From IMG/VR virus record IMGVR_UViG_3300045988_020566: a stretch of DNA of 42,525 nucleotides; one strand, 5' to 3'. This stretch comes from a virus. The notes below the pieces were generated by a model that worked only from the letters and a program-made list of their open reading frames with translations, searched no databases and was not told where the DNA came from. Position numbers and translations under genes: made by a program. Below, in pieces: positions 39,786-42,525 of the stretch (its first letter is position 1; the number at the start of each line of letters is the position of its first letter).

Positions 39786-40201
39786 CAAATCCCCCTCCAA
39801 AATCCGTAATCTATGCAGTGGAAATCAATGTACACGCACCACGCGGCCAGAAAGACGATAATGACAAACATTATAGCAATCACGCCGTTGCGGATACGCA
39901 CGCCGCGCCGCATGATCTCGATGGTATCGGCCTTTGCGTCAACGTGTCGTTCCAACTCGTCGTTACGCGCCTGTAAGGTTTCCTCGGCTGGCGTCAAGTG
40001 TTCGGAAATGCCGAACACTTCATCAAGAGAGATGCCAAGCACTTTGCAAATCGCAGCGACTGTGTAAACTGATGGGGACTTAGATGCGCGGGAGAAAAAA
40101 TTTTTTACTGTTTGCAACGGTAATCCTGCTTTGTCGGCAATATCTTGATGCGTTAGTCTTAACAAGTCTTTTTGCTCCTGACATCGTTTCTGAATGTTCA
40201 C
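39785..40201 (-). CDS. membrane-anchored XRE-family HTH regulator (candidate prophage repressor)
   Basis: GTG start. HTH LTHQDIADKAGLPLQTVKNFFSR, a helical linker, and a C-terminal TM helix GVIAIMFVIIVFLAAWCVYI. Confidence 0.8.
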   Translation of the reverse strand: MNIQKRCQEQKDLLRLTHQDIADKAGLPLQTVKNFFSRASKSPSVYTVAAICKVLGISLDEVFGISEHLTPAEETLQARNDELERHVDAKADTIEIMRRGVRIRNGVIAIMFVIIVFLAAWCVYIDFHCIDYGFWRGI

Positions 40202-40219
40202 TTAACATCATATCCTTTC

Positions 40220-40236
40220 AGTGCAAATGTTGCACT
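40220..40236. promoter_or_regulatory. operator-like inverted repeat AGTGCAA-ATG-TTGCACT
   Basis: 7-3-7 inverted repeat 19 nt upstream of the XRE gene start. A further AGTGCA copy lies at 40294-40299. Confidence 0.4.
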
Positions 40237-40354
40237 TTTTTGTAGCAATGAAATTTGTCGGAAACTGTCAAAGGGTCAAATCTAAGCCTTGAAAGTGCAG
40301 TGCTGGGTGCTGTACGGTGAAGACAAGCAGCGGCGACCGCTCCCCGCTGGCTGC

Positions 40355-40396
40355 AAAAAGGCCCCGCCGTTTGTTGCAGAGGGCGGCGGGGCCTTT
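40355..40396 (-). terminator. rho-independent terminator (minus strand) ending the HTH/Mrr operon
   Basis: 11-bp stem aggccccgccg/cggcggggcct. A5 at 40355-59 gives a T5 tract on the minus strand. The loop contains TGTTGCAG. Confidence 0.55.
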
Positions 40397-40479
40397 AGTT
40401 GGAGATCTTGATGCTTACACCGTCTTGTGCGACAATCGACATACAGCCCCGTTGCAAAAATACTTGGAGGGACATAATT

Positions 40480-40617
40480 ATGGACGAACAAACGAGAAAA
40501 GCGGCAGAACTTTTTGTCAACCTGACGCCAGAGCAGAAAAATGCTATTCTTGCGATGGTTGATAACCTTCTATCACAGCAAGCACCGCGCTCTTCTGCTG
40601 CGGAGACAACCGATTAA
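40480..40617 (+). CDS. 45-aa protein, convergently overlapping the HTH gene
   Basis: GGAGGG 9 nt before ATG 40480. Sequence MDEQTRKAAELFVNLTPEQKNAILAMVDNLLSQQ.... Overlaps 40544-40617 antisense to the next gene. Confidence 0.4.
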   Translation: MDEQTRKAAELFVNLTPEQKNAILAMVDNLLSQQAPRSSAAETTD

Positions 40618-40996
40618 ACCCGGCAATAAGCTGCGCAAGCTGCGCATCCTCGCCCTCGGTCTTCGAATCGGGGGCGCTTTCTTTTATCCGCTCGGCCTCG
40701 ACCAGTTTCCGCACCGTCTCGATATCCTCTAAGCACTTGGCGGTTTCTTCCGGGGTCTTCCCCTCGTGCAAGAGGATGTCATCGGGGGAGACGTTGAGCG
40801 TCAAGCACATTTGCACAGCAAGTTCTTTTGACGGCAAATTCAAATTTTTGCTTCTGCGTAAGTCAGTTACCCAACCGTTATTTTTCTTGAATTTTCTCGA
40901 AAACGCCGCTTCGCTTATATCCGCTTTTTCACAGTAATTTACAATTAAATTTACGCAGCTTGTGTTAAGGCTTACACTATCTAATTTCTTAGGCAT
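40544..40996 (-). CDS. HTH-like DNA-binding protein, co-transcribed with the Mrr-domain gene
   Basis: ATG 40996 lies 2 nt after the upstream stop. N-terminal HTH-like NYCEKADISEAAFSRKFKKNNGWVTDLRRS. C-terminal motif LSPQQKSAVLAVIEGY. Confidence 0.6.
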   Translation of the reverse strand: MPKKLDSVSLNTSCVNLIVNYCEKADISEAAFSRKFKKNNGWVTDLRRSKNLNLPSKELAVQMCLTLNVSPDDILLHEGKTPEETAKCLEDIETVRKLVEAERIKESAPDSKTEGEDAQLAQLIAGFNRLSPQQKSAVLAVIEGYQPSQE

Positions 40997-40998
40997 AA

Positions 40999-41811
40999 TT
41001 ACATATCCTTGTTTTGTGACAAAACCGTGAGGTCTTCGCAGTCCCACAGGACTACGTTTAATTCTTCTGCCAAAATCTTAGCGGCTTTTGTATACACGCT
41101 GTTTGTAACGACAACTGCAACATGAGAATCGTAATGCTCTTTTGCTGCGTAAATTTGCTGCACCGCTTCAATTCCAACTTGTCCTGAGTAGTATTTGCAT
41201 TGAAACGCATATCGCACATCTGTTTTCTCGGCAAGAATATCGGCTCCGAAATCCTGCGACTTTTTTGTTACCTCGACCTTCTCATAGCCGTTTTTTATAA
41301 GCAGATTGGCAACGTAGCTTTCAAACTCATACCCATCAATAGACAGTTTGAACTTTTGGAATTTGTTTGCGTCGGCAAGTATTTCGTCGAATACTTCGCT
41401 TTCTTTTTTCTCCATCCGAGAGACCCAGTCTATAATTTTGTATTCCGCAGCCATAAGGCCGGCTTTTTTCGCCGATAAGGATTTTATTTCCTCTTGCAGC
41501 TTTATAGAATCCGCTTTTAACGTAGCTTTTTCTTCTTTGGCCTCTCGCACAACATCTTCTTTTACTCGCGCCTTTAATGTGGATTCGAATTCGTCCAAAT
41601 CCTCTTTGCGTTTAGATAGTTTGGCTTCTTTTTCAGAAAGGGCTCTATCACGCTCACGCAATTCCTTCTGATAATCTTGCAGCATAATTCTATATTCGCG
41701 GCTTTTAGCAAAATGCCGCTGGACAGAGCGCTCGGTTTCTGCGAGTGCTTTTTCTTTTTCAGAAAAGTTTTCTTCGACGTATTTTTTTATTTGCTTATCA
41801 AATAGCGCCAT
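40999..41811 (-). CDS. coiled-coil + Mrr-cat (restriction-endonuclease fold) protein
   Basis: About 150 aa of charged coiled coil, then FESYVANLLIKNGYEKVEVTKKSQDFGADILAEK...AFQCKYYSGQVGIEAVQQ...VVTNSVYTKAA (D...QCK core of Mrr_cat). Low G+C. Confidence 0.8.
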   Translation of the reverse strand: MALFDKQIKKYVEENFSEKEKALAETERSVQRHFAKSREYRIMLQDYQKELRERDRALSEKEAKLSKRKEDLDEFESTLKARVKEDVVREAKEEKATLKADSIKLQEEIKSLSAKKAGLMAAEYKIIDWVSRMEKKESEVFDEILADANKFQKFKLSIDGYEFESYVANLLIKNGYEKVEVTKKSQDFGADILAEKTDVRYAFQCKYYSGQVGIEAVQQIYAAKEHYDSHVAVVVTNSVYTKAAKILAEELNVVLWDCEDLTVLSQNKDM

Positions 41812-41883
41812 TGCCAAACCCTCACAAAGGAGAAAGAAAAAATTGTGCAAAGCGTAAAATCCGATGTTTCACCGGATAACCGA

Positions 41884-41912
41884 TTGACAGCCGATGAAAC
41901 ATCGGCTATAAT
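41884..41912 (+). promoter_or_regulatory. consensus sigma70 promoter with palindromic operator in the spacer
   Basis: TTGACA(41884-89), 17-nt spacer, TATAAT(41907-12). The spacer is the palindrome GCCGATGAAACATCGGC (41890-41906). The related site CCGATGTTTCA lies at 41861-71. Confidence 0.7.
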
Positions 41913-42076
41913 AGCCTTACAGAACTTAATTAAGGCAACAAAAAACCAGGCCCCCAACGGATTTCCCGTTTTTGCGGACTTATAACCGATATTTTGTTGG
42001 CTGACACTTACATAATAGCGGTGTTGGTTGCGTTTGTCAATATAAAGTTCTGAACTTTATAAGGAGGGGAGAACGC

Positions 42077-42301
42077 TTGGAATTAAAAGGGATTCGAGAA
42101 AATGCCGGTTTGCGTCAGGAAGATGTAGCAAAGAAACTCCGTGTAAGAGTTTCCGCGGTGTCGAACTGGGAGCGCGGTGTGAATGGTATCGCAAGCAAGT
42201 ACATTCGACCGCTGACCAGATTGTACGGCGTGACCGAAACGGAGATCAGAACAGCATCAGAAGCCGCGCAGGCCGCAAGAGTGGGCAAGGAGGGCGAATG
42301 A
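42077..42301 (+). CDS. Cro-like XRE-family HTH regulator
   Basis: AAGGAGGGG SD with a TTG start. HTH IRENAGLRQEDVAKKLRVRVSAVSNWERG. Divergent from the lysogeny-side genes. Confidence 0.8.
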   Translation: MELKGIRENAGLRQEDVAKKLRVRVSAVSNWERGVNGIASKYIRPLTRLYGVTETEIRTASEAAQAARVGKEGE

Positions 42302-42492
42302 AACGATTTATTAAATTGTTTTTGCTTCTCTGTTCATGGGCTCTTGTCGCTATTGTAGCCGCCGCTATTTTAATGCTTGTTTCAGCATGGATTGCAGGAT
42401 CGACGGAAAGCGTTTTGTTTGGCGCTGTTTTTTTGGTCTTGACCATTTTGGTTTGCGCTGCGATTTTGGCGATAAGTGGGGCGGACATATGA
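42298..42492 (+). CDS. small 2-TM membrane protein
   Basis: 64 aa with an ATGA overlap with the Cro-like gene. Hydrophobic helices LFLLLCSWALVAIVAAAILMLV and VLFGAVFLVLTILVCAAILAI. Confidence 0.6.
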   Translation: MKRFIKLFLLLCSWALVAIVAAAILMLVSAWIAGSTESVLFGAVFLVLTILVCAAILAISGADI

Positions 42493-42525
42493 AGGCAAAA
42501 AAATGCCCCGCCCAATGTTGCAGCA
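42427..42525. repeat. terminal direct repeat copy 2 (identical to 1-99)
   Basis: Same 99 bases as 1-99. The offset of 42,426 was checked using the stop codon at 42490-42492 versus 64-66. Confidence 0.95.

Larger units (their letters stand above)
1..42426. mobile_element. complete temperate siphovirus-like phage genome (one circular unit)
   Basis: Integrase+attP, repressor/Cro switch, replication, terS/terL/portal/capsid, tail (no sheath gene) and lysis modules are each present once. Bases 1-99 recur exactly at 42427-42525, so the unit length is 42,426 bp. Confidence 0.85.

Noticed and set aside
42031-42063. Second promoter (TTGTCA, 17-18-nt spacer, TATAAG) directly upstream of the Cro-like gene
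   Set aside because: A transcript from it would start inside or after the SD of the gene. The consensus promoter at 41884-41912 is a far better candidate. The palindrome here is kept only as a possible operator.

Overview
The window is one complete, circularly closed temperate phage genome. The unit length is 42,426 bp, and bases 1-99 recur exactly at 42427-42525, as expected for the overlap of a circular contig. The layout is that of a sheath-less (siphovirus-like) prophage of a fairly GC-rich Gram-positive, Clostridia-like host.

Module order:
- Lysogeny module: tyrosine integrase, attP carrying the 3' end of a tRNA, a membrane-anchored XRE regulator, and an HTH + coiled-coil/Mrr-nuclease operon.
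- Cro-like switch with a consensus promoter.
- Early and replication genes: 3D-domain muralytic protein, DUF1351-like protein, RecT-like annealase, MBL hydrolase, replisome organiser with ori-like repeats, DUF1064, DNA methyltransferase, PAPS-reductase-like protein, a Gly-Tyr repeat protein and many small Zn-ribbon proteins.
- A 727-bp non-coding, densely structured region with an embedded tRNA-Trp-like element.
- terS, terL, portal, MuF-like protein, ADP-ribosyltransferase, scaffold and capsid.
- Head-tail and tail genes, with a reverse-strand DUF4352 moron before the tape measure.
- A low-GC receptor-binding region with an LplA-like ligase.
- XhlA, holins and an M15 endolysin.
- A separately regulated accessory island next to attP: two reverse-strand regulator genes plus nine forward genes for compositionally odd proteins.

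The best candidates for new biology are:
1. The large structured RNA upstream of terS (ROOL/GOLLD-like or new).
2. The regulated accessory cassette at 34.2-38.5 kb.
3. The (Gly-Tyr)n repeat protein.
4. The LplA-like ligase in the tail-fibre region.

All functional calls rest on motifs read from the translations and on gene order. No database search was possible.
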